Assembly: GCA_951406725.2 (NCBI GenBank) | Contig: OX597828.1 | Coordinates: forward strand, 50,034,001-50,098,000 | From: Octopus vulgaris | Taxonomy: Eukaryota | DNA length: 64,000 nt | Direction of reading: 5' to 3' | Shown here: piece by piece, positions 1 through 13,394 of the stretch | How positions within the stretch are numbered: the stretch's first letter is position 1 | How the letters are laid out: every line of letters begins with the position of its first letter | Position numbers and translations under genes: made by a program | Notes under the pieces: model-generated | Told to the model about the DNA's origin: nothing | What the model saw: the letters and a program-made list of their open reading frames with translations, nothing else | Databases searched by the model: none

Positions 1-237
1 AACTTAATGGTATCTGAACTCGAAACGTAAAGAACCGGAACAAATGCTTCAAGGTATTTTGTCTGACAAGCCAATTAATGAGCATCTGTTTGTCTGATCG
101 ATTGGAGATAGCAGCTAAATCTCCTTCATGCCACACTATTTTCAAGAAAGAGGGCCACATTGGATAATGTAGAGCTCTATGTGTGTGTGTGTGTGTGTGT
201 ATATATACATACATATTTATATATATATATATATATA

Positions 238-617
238 CACTACCGTCAGAAATTAATTAGCACCCTTGATTTGCTCTTCACTCAAGGTATGTGCTGTCAC
301 CTAGTGGCCATATCTCGAACTATTGCTTTGTTGCGAGTTCACTGTTGCGCAGAACGATGACGTAACTTTGTTTGCAGAGCAGTTTGAGAGTCTACAGCCT
401 TATGATGTTGACATAGCAGTGCAACAACAACTTGGAGTGCGGATGCAGACAAATCTTCCTTTGTTTAATAGATATAGGTAGCGCCTCGCAAGGACCGAAA
501 TCACACCATACTAATTTTTCTCATAGCGTAAGCTGTTTTGAACAGCTCATAGGTTAATTGATTTAACCTATTTAATGTAGAAATTTGAGAAGTGCTAATT
601 AATTTCTGACGCAAGTG
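238..617. mobile_element. Tc1/mariner-type MITE
   Basis: Terminal inverted repeats CACTACCGTCAGAAATTAATTAGCAC / GTGCTAATTAATTTCTGACGCAAGTG, TA on both sides, no ORF. Confidence 0.7.
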
Positions 618-635
618 TAAATATATATATATATA

Positions 636-1037
636 GGCACAGGAGTGGCTGTGTGGTAAGTAGCTTGCTAACTAACCACATGGTTCCGGGTTCAGTCCCA
701 CTGCGTGGCATCTTGGGCAAGTGTCTTCTGCTATAGCCCTGGGCCGACCAATGCCTTGTGAGTGGATTTGGTAGACGGAAACTGAAAGAAGCCTGTCGTA
801 TATATGTATATATATATATATATGTATGTGTGTTTGTGTGTCTGTGTTTGTTCCCCTAGCATTGCTTGACAACCGATGCTGGTGTGTTTACGTCCCCGTC
901 ACTTAGCGGTTCGGCAAAAAGAGACCGATAGAATAAGTACTGGGCTTACAAAAAGAATAAGTCCTGGGGTCGAGTTGCTCGACTAAAGGCGGTGCTCCAG
1001 CATGGCCGCAGTCAAATGACTGAAACAAGTAAAAGAG
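636..1037 (+). mobile_element. tRNA-derived SINE, family A (internal (TA)n(TG)n microsatellite)
   Basis: A/B-box head TGGCTGTGTGGT...GGTTCAGTCC, CORE-like TTGGGCAAGT, A-rich tail. Similar copies at 13557-13775(-), 17773-18167(+), 23414-23803(-), 31865-32212(-), 51981-52370(+), 61289-61440(+), 62219-62614(-). Confidence 0.85.
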
Positions 1038-1270
1038 TTAAAGAGTTAAAAGAGTTATATGTGTGTGTGTGTTTGTGCCCCCACCCAACATCGCTTGACA
1101 ACTGATGCTGGTGTGTTTCCCTCCCTGTAACTTAGCGGTTTGGCAAAAGAGACTGAATGACTAAGTACTAGGCTTACAAACAATAAGTCCTGGGGTCGAT
1201 TTGCTTGACTAAAGGCGGTGCTCCAGCATGGCTTCAGTCAAAACGACTGAAACAAGAGTATATATATATA

Positions 1271-2067
1271 GGGTGCAGTGGGTAAATCAGTGCTATTTTA
1301 TACTTTTAATTTCACACATGCGCATTGTTTGTTTTTGGTTTTGGTTTTGTTGACTACACAGTATAGTAGGGACAGTTGGGCACCCTCTGTGAGAAAAGCA
1401 GCACCATGACGCAATTCACCAATTTACTCTGCCAGGAATTTGGAAACAACATGCTGTGCTGCTTGATATTCATACTGGAAGCTCCAATATGAAAAGATGG
1501 TGAACATACAGAACAACCATTGGCTTGCTGTGCCCCCCAAACATGTAGAGTGAAAGTGATAAAAATCAAACATCCAGTCAACATCATGGTATTTGGAGTG
1601 ATCATTAGTGATGGTGACATTATACCTCTATTCATCTTCCCACACAGCCTCATACACAATATGTATGTGCCTGGAGGAGGTAGTGCTGCCCTGGCACAAG
1701 AGTCAGACAATTTATGTGACCATATTACCCTTAACATCTGGCCTCCTAACTCCCCAGACAGCAACCCGCTTGATTGGTATGTGTAGGGTGCTGTTGAGTG
1801 AGAGACCAACAAAACTCTTTGTGACACCACAGATGAACTAAAGGCAAGGATTATGGCAGCATTCACCAACTTAAATAAAGTGACTGTCCAAAAGAGTTCC
1901 AGGAGATTCCGAAGTTGTCTAGAGGCTGTGGTTAAATCAATGGCGATTTTACTGAATAAATTTAGTATTTCAAGATATTTTTATGTAATTTTGGTAAATA
2001 TATCTGTTAAAGCTTCAGTGTCATTTTCATTTTTGCATAATTTAGATGACAATATATTCACTGCACG
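1271..2067 (+). mobile_element. Decayed Tc1/mariner-superfamily (maT-like) transposon
   Basis: Peptide fragments HPVNIMVFGVIISDGDIIPLFIF and WPPNSPDSNPLDWYV; imperfect TIRs GTGCAGTGGGTAAAT / ATATATTCACTGCAC. Confidence 0.7.
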
Positions 2068-2364
2068 TAGAAAGTTACCCTCCCAGGCACAAGTCCGGGC
2101 AAGGTTGTTTATGGGAGACCAGCAGTCGCCCATGCATATCGGCCTTCCCTCTCCACGCCACCAATGTTATCCAAGGGAAAGGTAAAGGCCAATGCAGCTT
2201 GGCACCTGTGATGTCGCAACTCATTTCTACAGCTGAGTGAACTGGAGCAACGTGAAATAAAGTGTCTTGTTCAAGAACACAACACTCAGCCTGGTCTGGG
2301 ATTCAAACTCACAACCTTACGATCGTAAGCTCGATGCGCTAACCACTGAGCTATGCGCCTTCAC
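2068..2364 (-). mobile_element. tRNA-derived SINE, family E
   Basis: Minus-strand head GGCGCATAGCTCAGTGGTTAG...GTTTGAATCCC. Second copy at 57625-57937(-) with TSD AATGTAACTACT; a related head at 63630-63779(-). Confidence 0.75.
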
Positions 2365-2384
2365 TTAAGTATATATATGTGTGT

Positions 2385-2935
2385 CATCATCATCATTGTT
2401 TAACGTCCGCTTTCCATGCTAGCATGGGTTGGACGATTTTGACTGAGGGCTGGCAAACCAGATGGCTGCACCAGGCTCCAATCTTGATCTGGCAGAGTTT
2501 CTACAACTGGATGCCCTTTCTAACGCCAACCACTCCGAGAGTGTAGTGGGTGCGTTTTACGTGCCACCGGCACAGCGGCCAGTCAGGTGGTACTGGCAAC
2601 GACCTCACTCGAATCTTTTTACACGTTCCACCGGCACAGGTGCCAGTGAAGCGACGTTGGTAATGATCACACGGCGAGCTGGCAGAAACGTTAGCACGCC
2701 GGGCGAAATGCTTAGCGGTATTTCGTCTGTGTTACGTTGTGAGTTCAAATTCCGTCGAGGTCGACTTTGCCTTTCATCCTTTCGGGGTCGATAAATTAAG
2801 TACCAGTTACGAACTGGGGTCGATGTAATCGACTTAATACCTATGTCTGTCCTTGTTTGTTCCCTCTATGTTTAGCCCCTTGTGGGTAGTAAAGAAAAAG
2901 AAATAGAAATATGTAATGATCACGCTCGAATGGTG
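2385..2935 (-). mobile_element. 5'-truncated RTE-clade LINE 3' end (family D), interrupted by SINE B
   Basis: (GAT)n tail and GGAAGGGCATCC core. The nested SINE B at 2673-2911 is flanked by the repeat GTAATGATCAC. Confidence 0.7.
2673..2911 (+). mobile_element. SINE family B (Nin/Deu-domain type)
   Basis: Head GGCGAGCTGGCAGAAACGTTAG, conserved GCCTTTCATCCTTTCGGGGTCGATAAATTAAGTACCAG domain. Copies at 6190-6332(-), 10598-10829(-, 15-bp TSD GAGAGGCCAGATATA), 12181-12410(-), 22527-22730(+), 55965-56362(-), 59858-60640(+). Confidence 0.8.
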
Positions 2936-3423
2936 ACATACACATACATATATATATATTTATATATATATTAGTTTGGAAAATTCTTCCAAAATGATGA
3001 GCTGGTCATGGCTGGAATGTCTTTGATCATATATCTGCTGAATCAGGGTCGATCAGGGGTTAAACCACAGCAACAAAGTGTGACACATGAACATAATTTA
3101 ACAGAGGGATTTTGCAATCTTTTTATAAATCTTTTTCTTAGTATGATTAACAACTATTTTTTTTGTTTATTTTGTTTACCTTTTGGTATGCAAATCATTC
3201 ACACTTCACTAACGACAACTGACACGGTGTTGTGTTACTACTAACACACCTCATACTAACCAACAACCATGCCTAAATCACTATGATTAAGAAAACAAAG
3301 AAGTGTTAAGTCCTGTTACAGATAGAACGGCCAATGGTTTGCAAGAAGAATGGAATGTATGACAGTTGGTGTACACATTTCATTTCCTTTTCATTTGATT
3401 TAATCACTGATCTGTAAACCACC

Positions 3424-3488
3424 AATCAACAGCAGCAGCAGCAGTAGCAGCAGCAACAGCAACAACAACAACAACTGCAGCAACAGCG
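3424..3488 (+). repeat. (CAG)n/(CAA)n trinucleotide microsatellite
   Basis: Direct reading of the sequence. Confidence 0.9.
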
Positions 3489-4146
3489 GTGGAGGCGCAA
3501 TGGCCCAATGGTTAGGGCAGCGGACTCGTGGTCGGAGGATCACGGTTTCAATTCCCAGACAGGGCGTTGTGTGTGTTTATTGAGCGAAAATACCTAAAGA
3601 TCCACGATGCTCCAGCAGGGGTGATCCCTGTTGACCAGGTGGTGACCCCTGTTGTACTCATTCCCTTCAACTTTCTCTCACTCTTTCTTCCTGTTTCTTG
3701 TCCCCGACTTCCTATGCAACCTCTGAGCCTGGATGCGTATTCAACCATCTATCGATGCTCTCGGTGTCGGGGGTGGGTTGGGTTGACCTGCTTTCTCTTC
3801 TGCGGGTCTTATGAATAGCAAAGGACAAAAAAAAAAGAAAAAAAAGAAAGAAAGAAAAGAAAGCAGCAACAGCAATGACAACAACAATAACAACTCTTTT
3901 TCTTTTTTTCTTTTTTGCCAGATATCTAACAATCTGTCATTCTGCTGTTCTTTCTCAATATTTTATCTCAGCAATGATTTATAACATTAACACAAGGTCA
4001 CATGTTTTGGAGGAGGTGGGGAGTGGAAGGGAAAAGCTGTTGATATTTAGAATTTCACTCCCTGTAGGAAAGCAGTGCTCATGATGTTCTTTTACAGAAC
4101 CTCAAAGACTTGGGGGGAAGGAGGGAGGGAAAGAATCCTTTAATTT

Positions 4147-4546
4147 CATGCTGGTGGGCACGTAAAAAGCACCATTTGAGCATGATTGTTACCAGCGTTG
4201 CCACACTGGCACTTGTGCCAGTAACACGTGAACAAGACATTCGAGTGAGATCGTTGCCAGTGCCACTGGAATGACACCTGTGCAGGTGGCACGTAACAAA
4301 CACCATTTCGAATGTGGCCGTTGCCAGTACCGCCAGACTGGCCCTCATACAGGTGGCACGTAAAAGCACCCACTACACTCTCAGAGTGGTTGGCGTTAGG
4401 AAGGGCATCCAGCTGTAGAAACTCTGCCAGATCAGATTGGAGCCTGGCGCAGCCATCTGGTTCGCCAGTCCTCTGTCAAATCGTCCAACCCATGCTAGCA
4501 TGGAAAGCGGACGTTAAACGATGATGATGATGATGATGATGATGAT
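4147..4546 (+). mobile_element. RTE-clade LINE 3' UTR (family D) with ~60-bp subrepeats
   Basis: Ends in CCATGCTAGCATGGAAAGCGGACGTTAAAC(GAT)n. Further copies at 8118-8303, 12903-13377, 16426-16608, 24145-24545, 24655-24962, 28050-28225, 30450-30656, 52964-53465. Confidence 0.75.
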
Positions 4547-5121
4547 ACTTATTTATCCACATTTAAAAAAATTAAACATGTAGTATCTTGTAGTTTCAAG
4601 ATTTTGAAGATATGATCGTTTATTTTTATAATGACATTGTAGGGTAGGTGTGAGTAGGTGGATCTGGACAGTTTGATAATAAAACAGGTAGAATATTTGG
4701 GCCAGATATAACTGGCTTAAATGCTAAAAGGTTAAACAAGAGACTCAGCTCAAATTCTTGCACAAGAATGAACTCTTCCACTAAAGGCAATGGTGTTAAA
4801 CTACTGCCTTAATCTGGACAATGGATTAAGTCTTATATCCATAGATCCCAATACATTGATTGGTATTATTTAGTCAGTTTCCTGAGGATGAAATGCAAAG
4901 TAGATAGCTGAGCAGTTAAGTAGATTATTATGTAAGCATGTAGTTTCAGGTTCAAAACACTTCAAGGCACCGTGGGCATTTATGTGTTAGGAAGGGCATC
5001 CAGCTGTAGAAACACTGCCAGATCAGACTGGAACCTGGTGCAGCCTCCTGGCTTCCCAGACCAACACACGCCAGCATGGAAAACTGACATTAAACGATGA
5101 TGATGTACGTATGTATATATG

Positions 5122-5507
5122 GTGGAGGCGCAATGGCCCAGTGGTTAGGGCAGCGGACTCGCGGTCATAGGATCGCGATTTCGATTCCCAGACCGGGCGT
5201 TGTGAGTGTTTATTGAGCGAAAACACCTAAAAGCTCCACGAGGCTCCGGCAGGGCATGGTGGTAATCCCTGCTGTACTCTTTCACCACAACTTTCTCTCA
5301 CTCTTTCTTCCTGTTTCTGTTGTACCTGTATTTCAAAGGGCCGGCCTTGTCACTCTCTGTGTCACGCTGAATATCTCCGAGAACTACGTTAAGGGTACAC
5401 GTGTCTGTGGAGTGCTCAGCCAATTACACGTTAATTTCACGAGCAGGCTGTTCCGTTGATTCAGATCAACTGGAACCCTCATCGTCGTAACCGACGGAGT
5501 GCTTCCA
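5122..5507 (+). mobile_element. tRNA-derived SINE, family C
   Basis: Head GGAGGCGCAATGGCCCAGTGGTTAGGGCAGC...TTCGATTCCC. Copies at 3489-3692(+), 50698-51075(+), 57072-57405(-), 60829-61209(-), 61643-62030(+), several with 11-14-bp TSDs (e.g. TCCTTATTGGT, ATTAAAACAAAAC). Confidence 0.85.
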
Positions 5508-6083
5508 TTCCATATGCTAGCATGGGTTGGACTGTTCGACTGGGGTCTGGGAAGCTAGGAGGCTGCACCAGGCTCCAGTCTGATCTGGTAGTGTTTCTAC
5601 AGCTAGATGCCCTTCCTAATGCCAACCACTCTGAGACTGTAGTGGGTGCTTTTTATGTTCCACTGGCACAGGGGCCAGAGGGGGCTGGCAACGAGCACGA
5701 TCATCTGGTGCTTTTTATGTGCCACTGGCACAGAAGCCAGTCAAGGCGGCACTGGCATTGGCCACATTCAGATGATGCTTTTTATGTGCCACCTGCACAG
5801 GGACCACATCTACAATTTCCATTTAATTTTGACTTTGATGTACTTGACTCAATAGGTCTCCTCAAGCATGGCATGTCACCCTACGATCCAAGGTACTTTT
5901 GAGTGGGCTGGTTTTACGACACTGGTGTAGGTTACAGCCGTGAGCTCATTTTATTTGCCGGGTCTTCTCAGTCACAGCATATTTCCAGAGGTCTCAGTCT
6001 TTTGTCATTGCCTCTGTGAGGCCCAACGTTCGAAGGTCATGCTTCACCACCTCATCCCATGTCTTCCTGGGTCTCCCTCTACC
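5508..6083 (-). mobile_element. RTE-clade LINE fragment: ORF C-terminus plus 3' UTR
   Basis: Minus-strand translation GRGRPRKTWDEVVKHDLRTLGLTEAMTKD*DLWKYAV, a typical RTE C-terminus, runs directly into the family D 3' sequence. This identifies family D as LINE 3' ends. Confidence 0.75.
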
Positions 6084-6112
6084 AGGAAGAAATGAGATGA
6101 TACATATCTATA

Positions 6113-8112
6113 TATTGGGTCAGCTCATAAATAATGTCGTTTTTTTCATACTTCTTTTACTTTTCAAAATTAAGATAAACGAAGTTGTGCTTCACTGGTA
6201 CTTAATTTATCGACCCCGAAAGGACGAAACGTAAAGTTGACCTCTGCAGAATTTGAACTCAGAATTTAGTGCTGGTAAAATACCACTAAGTATTTTGCCC
6301 AGGGTGCTAACGATTCTGCCAGCTCACTGCCTAATAATATATAATGATAATAATGAAATTATTCTGTAGTGTGCTCAGGTGCATTACAACTTATCAAAGG
6401 TGCATGTATAGTACATAGAACTATGTACAAATGTCAAGAAAGTGAACAGTGTAAGAGTCATGATATACATGTGTGCATACATATGGAGCGGGGGACATAT
6501 CAGGTGTAGTGTTGGCAAATTTTAGAAAGCAGAGGTTTTAAAGGATGCAATGTCTTGGCTGCTGACAACTGATGCAGGTAGTTTGCTCAAGGTGGTTGTT
6601 GGCAGGATGGTCAATAATTTTGTGAATGTTTACCAAGTCAGTTGCCAGACGTCAGAGCTTCAATGTATCCATGCCCAGGGAAGCAAGGCATTCAGAGTAT
6701 GGTAGATGCCTGATGAAGGGGATTTGATTGGTTGCACCTCTCTGAACAGTTTCCAGGAAGTCAATGTTCTGAGAAAGATAGGGGTTCCAGACTGGTGATG
6801 CAAATTCCAAGTGTGGCTGCATCATAGCCATATACAGCCTTAAATAGACAGCTGGAGAGCAGCTGACAAAGACCTTGCTGAGTGATGCTTGGACACACTT
6901 GGTCTTCTTGACAATTTTAGAGATGTGCTTTGTCCAGCACAAATCGCTGCTGCTAGTATACTCTCCTTCATTTTCTACAATGCTCTTCCATCTATCTGGT
7001 AGGCTTCCAAAATTCACTTGTCCATGATGAAAACTACTCCTCCAGTACTGTTCTGACCGTGTCTGCAGAATTTATATTTTTTCCGTCCAAATGATTTTGA
7101 AGACTGTGGAATAAATGATAATCAGATGGGGCAATGTCCAGTGAATATAATGGATGGGGCATCGTTTCCCATTCAAACTGCTCCAGCTTTTGGAATGTCA
7201 TCCTTGCTGTATGTGGCTGAGCATTGTCTTGATGGAAGTACATCTTTTGTCTTGAAACCAAAGATGGTTGTTTTCCTTCTAGCGCTAACTTAAGTCACAC
7301 AAGCTGCTTGCAGTAGCTCTCCTTTGTTATAGTTTGGTTTGGGTTTAAAAGTTCAAAGTGAACTAAACATTTCATATCCTATCAAACAGATAACAACAAC
7401 TTACATGGGTGAAGACCTTCAGTTTGGAGTGATGGTGTTTTTTCTTTCCCTATCTCTATCTTTGGTGCTTGACATTTTTATAGAGAACCCATTTCTCATC
7501 ACCAGTCACTATTCGGTCCAAAACAGGTTCATTTGTGAGACATGACAGCAAAGAAGAGCACACATTCGCTCTCTGTACATGATTAGACTTGGAAAGTTTG
7601 TGAGGAACCCACTGACCCAATTTGCTGACTTTTCCAATGGCCCGCAGGTGTTGATGAATGGTTGAATGACCAAATCTAAGCTTCTCTGCTAGTTCCTCAA
7701 CAATTACAATGGGATTTTGCTCCACTAGTGTTTGCAAGACGTCTTTGTTGAGCTCTACAGATCTTTCAAGAGGTGGCTCATCCTCTTGGCTGTAGTTTCC
7801 AACTCAGAATTTCTGGGACCACCGTTGATACTGGCTTATGCTTATTGTCCAATCCCCATATACTGCATTAATATTCCTCACACTTTCCGTTGTGTTGTTG
7901 CCTTTATTGAACTCATAAAACAAAATATGCCAAATATGTTCCTTTGTCACTTCCATTATAGCTTTGAAAAAATAACTGTTAAAATCAAACTGCAGTCTTC
8001 ACAACTTGCATTATGAATATATTCAAGGTAAAATTACTACCTGCTTTTATAGAGAGTTAATGCAGGTAGTTTATCCCGTCCACTCTGACTTTATTTATGG
8101 GATGACCCAATT
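6113..8112 (-). mobile_element. Full-length decayed mariner (D,D34D) with nested SINE B and CR1
   Basis: TIRs ATTGGGTCAGCTCATAAATAA / TTATTTATGGGATGACCCAAT; transposase motifs WVPHKLS, IVTGDEKWVLY, HQDNAQPH, YSLDIAPSDYHLF; probable ATG at 7956; broken frame. Confidence 0.85.
6333..6953 (-). mobile_element. CR1-clade LINE 3' fragment
   Basis: PHLEFASPVWNPY...LETVQRGAT, (TAT)n tail; same family as 37267-40645. Confidence 0.8.
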
Positions 8113-8959
8113 ATATATACACGTAAAAAGCACCCACTACACTCACGGAGTGGTTGGCGTTAGGAAAGGCATCCAGCCGTAGAAACACTGCCAGATTTGA
8201 CTGGGCCTGATGAAGCCTTCTGGCTTCACAGACCCCAGTAGAACCGTCCAACCCATGCTAGCATGGAAAACGGATGCTAAACGACGATGATGATGATGAT
8301 GATAAAATGAGATAGGGGTTGAAAATTCAAGCCACCATGGGATAACATATATCCAATATACTGCTAGAGAGGTACCCAACAAGACTAATACATAAATGTT
8401 AAAAATTGCCATGCAATTAATTCATCTACTGTATTATGTGGGCAAAGGTAAAAATATTACCGTATATATATATATATACACACAAACACACACACAGGTA
8501 TGTATCTGCATTGGAACACTCCTTCTACACTCACATTGCTTAAGACATTTACTTAAAAAAAAAATTGGCCTTTTCTTTGCCAAGGAAGTCTTCTATTAAC
8601 CTTCTCTAGCTTTTGACTCACCCCCAAAATATCCTGTTTCTGTTAAGTGATTTGTTAATCTGTTAGACTGGGTTCATTTTTGCATTAAGATCGGCATCCA
8701 ACCATAGAAACCATGCCAAAGCAGACACTGGAGCTCGATGCTGACCCCTGGCTTGTTGTATAACAACAATACTAGTAATAATAATAATAAATAGAATCGA
8801 AAATATATATATATATATATATATATGTAAATAAAAAAAAAAAATATATATATATATCTACATATATATATATACATATAGATATATATCTACATATATA
8901 CATATATATAGCTATTTATTTCTATTAGTTTATTTATCTGTGTATTTATTATGTTTTCA

Positions 8960-9913
8960 GGATCCTCTATTGTCATATGTTGTGGTGTGTGCTATTGCTC
9001 CATTCTAGTTTTCTATTCAGGCTAGGTTTATTTTCTATTATGTCTGTAGCTTCTGTAATTTGTCTAATTGTTGCATCTGATCTATGTGTGGATAATATTT
9101 TAATGTCTATGTTATTGATTGATCCCCCGTGTTGGTATAGAATCGATGTGCTTTTACCTTCCTTGAGTTGTCTCCAATGCTCATTTACCCGCTCTCCTAT
9201 GCTTCTTGCCGTTTCCCCTATGTATGTCGTTGTCTTGTTACTGCATCATCCCTCTATACATCTTATACTATAGACTACATTTCTGGCTTTACAGTTTGTT
9301 TGTGGGCTAAATCTACATACAGTACAGTACTTATCCGTACAGGGGTTCTACTAAAAGGATAGGTTCTACCAATTATAGATTTGATAGGGTTGCCTGGCTT
9401 TTCAACAACCTTAATTCTTAGCTTAATTTTGTCTAGGGTCCTTCTAAAGCGGTACGCCAGTTCACCTCCAGGGGTGGTGTCAACGAACATGACACTCTGG
9501 TATTTATGGCTATCATACCAAGAGTTGGCCTTCCCTATTTTCTTTTTTGTCCTTTCTATAGTGTTCCATGACTTGTTCCTATAGAGTGGGCAAATTCCTA
9601 TCATTACATAATATATTATCAAATTTCTTAATGGCTCCTTTGTATACTCTGATCCTTTCTTTATGGCTGTAACCTGAGAACTGCATGCAGTGAATGAAAT
9701 ATTGTATGTGTCTCTTTAACTCTGTAGGCTCGCAAATGCGTGACACATTTCTCATTATTCTGACGAGGTCTGCCATCAAAATATTGAATTTGGCATTGTC
9801 CGCAATGGCTGAGTTCCGGTGGATCAAGTATTTTGAGGCCATAGGTTTGGCATAGTATGAATGAAGGATTTGGGTTTTATTATTCACATTTTCTAGCCAG
9901 AGTTCGGTGTCTA
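8960..9913 (-). mobile_element. Penelope-like element fragment (RT C-terminal part and GIY-YIG endonuclease)
   Basis: [45 protein letters not shown]...TYIGETARSIGERVNEH; frameshifted. Confidence 0.8.
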
Positions 9914-9914
9914 G

Positions 9915-9990
<76 letters not shown>

Positions 9991-10031
9991 TATATACATA
10001 TAAATATATACATATAAATATATACATATAA

Positions 10032-10092
<61 letters not shown>
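9914..10092. repeat. (TA)n microsatellite
   Basis: Direct reading of the sequence. Confidence 0.95.
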
Positions 10093-10095
<3 letters not shown>

Positions 10096-10140
10096 TCATC
10101 GTTTAACGTTCGTTTTCCATGCTAGCATGGGTTGGACAGT

Positions 10141-10172
<32 letters not shown>

Positions 10173-12715
10173 AACACACACACAGGTATGTATCTGCATT
10201 GGAACACTCCTTCTACACTCACATTGCTTAAGACATTTACTTAAAAAAAAAAATTGGCCTTTTCTTTGCCAAGGAAGTCTTCTATTAACCTTCTCTAGCT
10301 TTTGACCCACCCCCAAAATATCCTGTTTCTGTTCATTCCTTTGCTACTACAATCGTCATCGTTTCTCTGAACTCTATAACTCCCACCCCCTGCCACTACC
10401 CCGCCCCCATCAACTTCACACCTTCTTTGATGAAGGCGTTAACTCTCTAGCATTCAGGTCACTCTGTCAAATTTAATGCATATTCATTTACATTATTTTG
10501 AATCAATCCTGCATTACCTTGTAGCTTTGAGATTTCAATGATATGATTGTTTATTATTAGACTGCTATTGTAGGGTAGGTGTGAGAGGCCAGATATATGT
10601 TTCTTTACTGCCCACAAGGGGCTAAACATAGAGGGGACAAACAAGGACAGACAAAGGGATTAAGTCAATTACATCGGCCCCAGTGCGTAACTGGTACTTT
10701 ATTTATCGACCTCGAAAGGATGAAAGGCAAAGTTGACCTTGGCAGAGTTTGAACTCAGAACGTAATGACAGACGAAATACCGCTAAGCATTTTGCCCAGC
10801 GCGCTAATGTTTCTGCCAGCTCGCCGCCTAGAGAGGCCAGATATAGCGAGCTTGGGCATAAGACAAGTAGAACATTTGGGCCTGGTATGGTCAGTTTAAC
10901 CCTGTAGCATTGAAACTGGTCATAAAGTTCCGCCTGTTTTATGTTTAAGTCGGTTAGATCTGGCCTCTTACACCTATGCTGCAATGTTATTCTAAACAAT
11001 CGCATCGTCAAAATCCCAGAGCAGCAAGGCAGTGCATGATTGCTTCAAGACAATGTGAAGAAATGACTATTACATTTCACAAAATAATCCAAATGCTAAA
11101 GAATTAAATAACATTTCATTGTTATTGGTTACTGAAAATATAACTTACAATCTGTTAAGTGATTTGTTAATCTGTTAGACTGGGTTCATTTTTGCATTAA
11201 GATCGGCATCCAACCATAGAAACCATGCCAAAGCAGACACTGGAGCTCGATGCTGACCCCTGGCTTGTTGGATCCTATCGAGCTATCCAACTAATACTAG
11301 TAGACGTATTTGACTACCGCCCACCCACAAAAGTTCAAGCCATTTTTGCCTGTAGTAGAAAGGGTTATTAGTGAGAATGGTGGACTGGTTTCACTGTGTT
11401 TCTTTTGAGTTCAACTTTACAATTCATTTCTCTGGAGTTGATAAAATAAAGTACTAAAGTAGTTGTAATCAAATATGTCTCCTTTGAAATAGTTGGCCTT
11501 GAACTAAACTTTGAAAGAAGTATTTATAATTCAAGCCATATCAGAGAAAGCATCTGTCTTACTTCTTCTAAATAGCCTGGAAACAAAACCAAAACATTTC
11601 TGTCAAATATTAACTTTCAGTTTTCACAAACCATTGTGATATCTTATACTGGCATGAGAACTCGTATTTATAAGTGAAATTATATGCGGTGGCTTTCATT
11701 TTTTCAAGGTCTTTATTGATGAAGGATAACTTCCTTTTCCCTGATCAGTGATGCATTTCAATGGATGATAAACTCTGCTGATTTTATAGAGTGAAAGGCA
11801 TTAGCAGAATGAGTAAGAATCAAAGCTGGTAATAGATACAATTTATTTAACATTAACTGCAATTGAAACATGCAACCGAGATCCATATACACTAAAACAC
11901 TCACCTCATTTAAAGACATAACTGAAATAAGATGTCACACTAGGTTCCTTACTGTCACAATGACTGTTACTAGAGGCAGTCATAGTACTTTAGTTATTGT
12001 CACACAGACCTGACATAATGGTTTCAAAATTTGATTACATCAACCCTGTGCTCAACTGTTACTTATTTTACCAACTTCCAAAAGAATGAAAGGTAAAGTT
12101 GACTGTGGTAGAATTTGAACCCAGAATGTAAAGACAGACAAAATGCCACCAAGCACTTTACCTCGTGTGCTAATGATTCTTATTTCTTTACTACCCACAA
12201 GGGGCTAAACATAGAGGAGACAAACAAGGACAGACAAAGGGATTAAGTCGATTACATCGACCCCAGTATGTAACTGGTACTTAATTTATCGACTCCGAAA
12301 GGATGAAAGGCAAAGTCAACCTCGGCAGAATTTGAACTCAGAACATAACGGCAGACGAAATTCCGCTAAGCATTTCGCCCGGTGTGCTAACGTTTCAGCC
12401 AGCTCGCCACCTCGTGTGCTAATGACTCTGCCAGCTCACTGCTTTACACAGACTTATAAAACCTGATCACAATTACTGTTATTTTTGTCAATCATAGTCA
12501 CAAGTTGCAACAGAAGGAATGGGACAAGCTACTACCTCATTATTGCAAGCCAGTTGTTCATGAAATGCAGTATAAAATAATATTTAAATATATTACTGAT
12601 GATATTAATTGTAAGAGTACAGAAGTGAGGTTTGATGGAACAAGTAAAGGATGTGGGGCTACAGCAACCCAAGGGTAAACTGAATCCTCCAATGGTAGAC
12701 TAACAAGTTGAACAA

Positions 12716-13394
12716 TTAATCCTTTTGCATTTAAACCAGCCATATCCAACCCGAATATTCTACTTGTCTTATGTTCAAACCAGCCACACCTGGCCTTTCA
12801 CACTTACCAGGCCACTCTAAAAATAAACAGTCACATCATCAAATTCTCAAAGCTACAAGACAATGCATGATGAACTCAAACCAATGTGAATAAATATTAC
12901 ATTTAATGTCCGCTTTCCATGCTAGCATGGGTTGGACGATTTGACTGAGGTCTGGCGAACCAGACTCCAATCTGATCTGGCAGAGTTTCTACAGCTGGAT
13001 GCCCTTCCTAACGCCAACCACTCCGAGAGTGTAGCGGGTGCTTTTACATGCCACCGGCATGAGGGCCAGTTTGGTTGTACTGGCAACGGCCACGCCCAAA
13101 TGGTGGTTTTTATGTGCCACCTGCACAGGAGCCAGTCCAGCGGCACTGGCGACGATCTCGCTTGAATGCTTCACGTGCCACCAGCACAAATACTAGAAAG
13201 GTGACGCGGTAACGATCACGCTCAAATGGTGTGTTTAATGTGCCATCGGCATGGAGGCCAGCTTGTTGCTCTGGCAATGATCATGCTTGGATGGTACTCT
13301 TAGCGCTCCACTAGCACGGATGCCAGTCACCGAGTTTGATTTTGACTTCGATTTCACTTGCCTCAACTGGTCTTCCTGAATGCTAAAGGGTTAA
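12716..13394. mobile_element. piggyBac-like (TTAA) MITE with nested RTE 3' end
   Basis: Ends TTAATCCTTTTGCATT / AATGCTAAAGGGTTAA. Related copies at 4546-4735, 10439-10900, 10896-11107. Confidence 0.6.

Noticed and set aside
636-710. tRNA genes at SINE heads
   Set aside because: A/B boxes are followed by SINE bodies, tails and often TSDs; no complete cloverleaf with a T-run terminator.
3424-3488. Polyglutamine coding exon
   Set aside because: No convincing splice sites or flanking coding sequence; it abuts a SINE.
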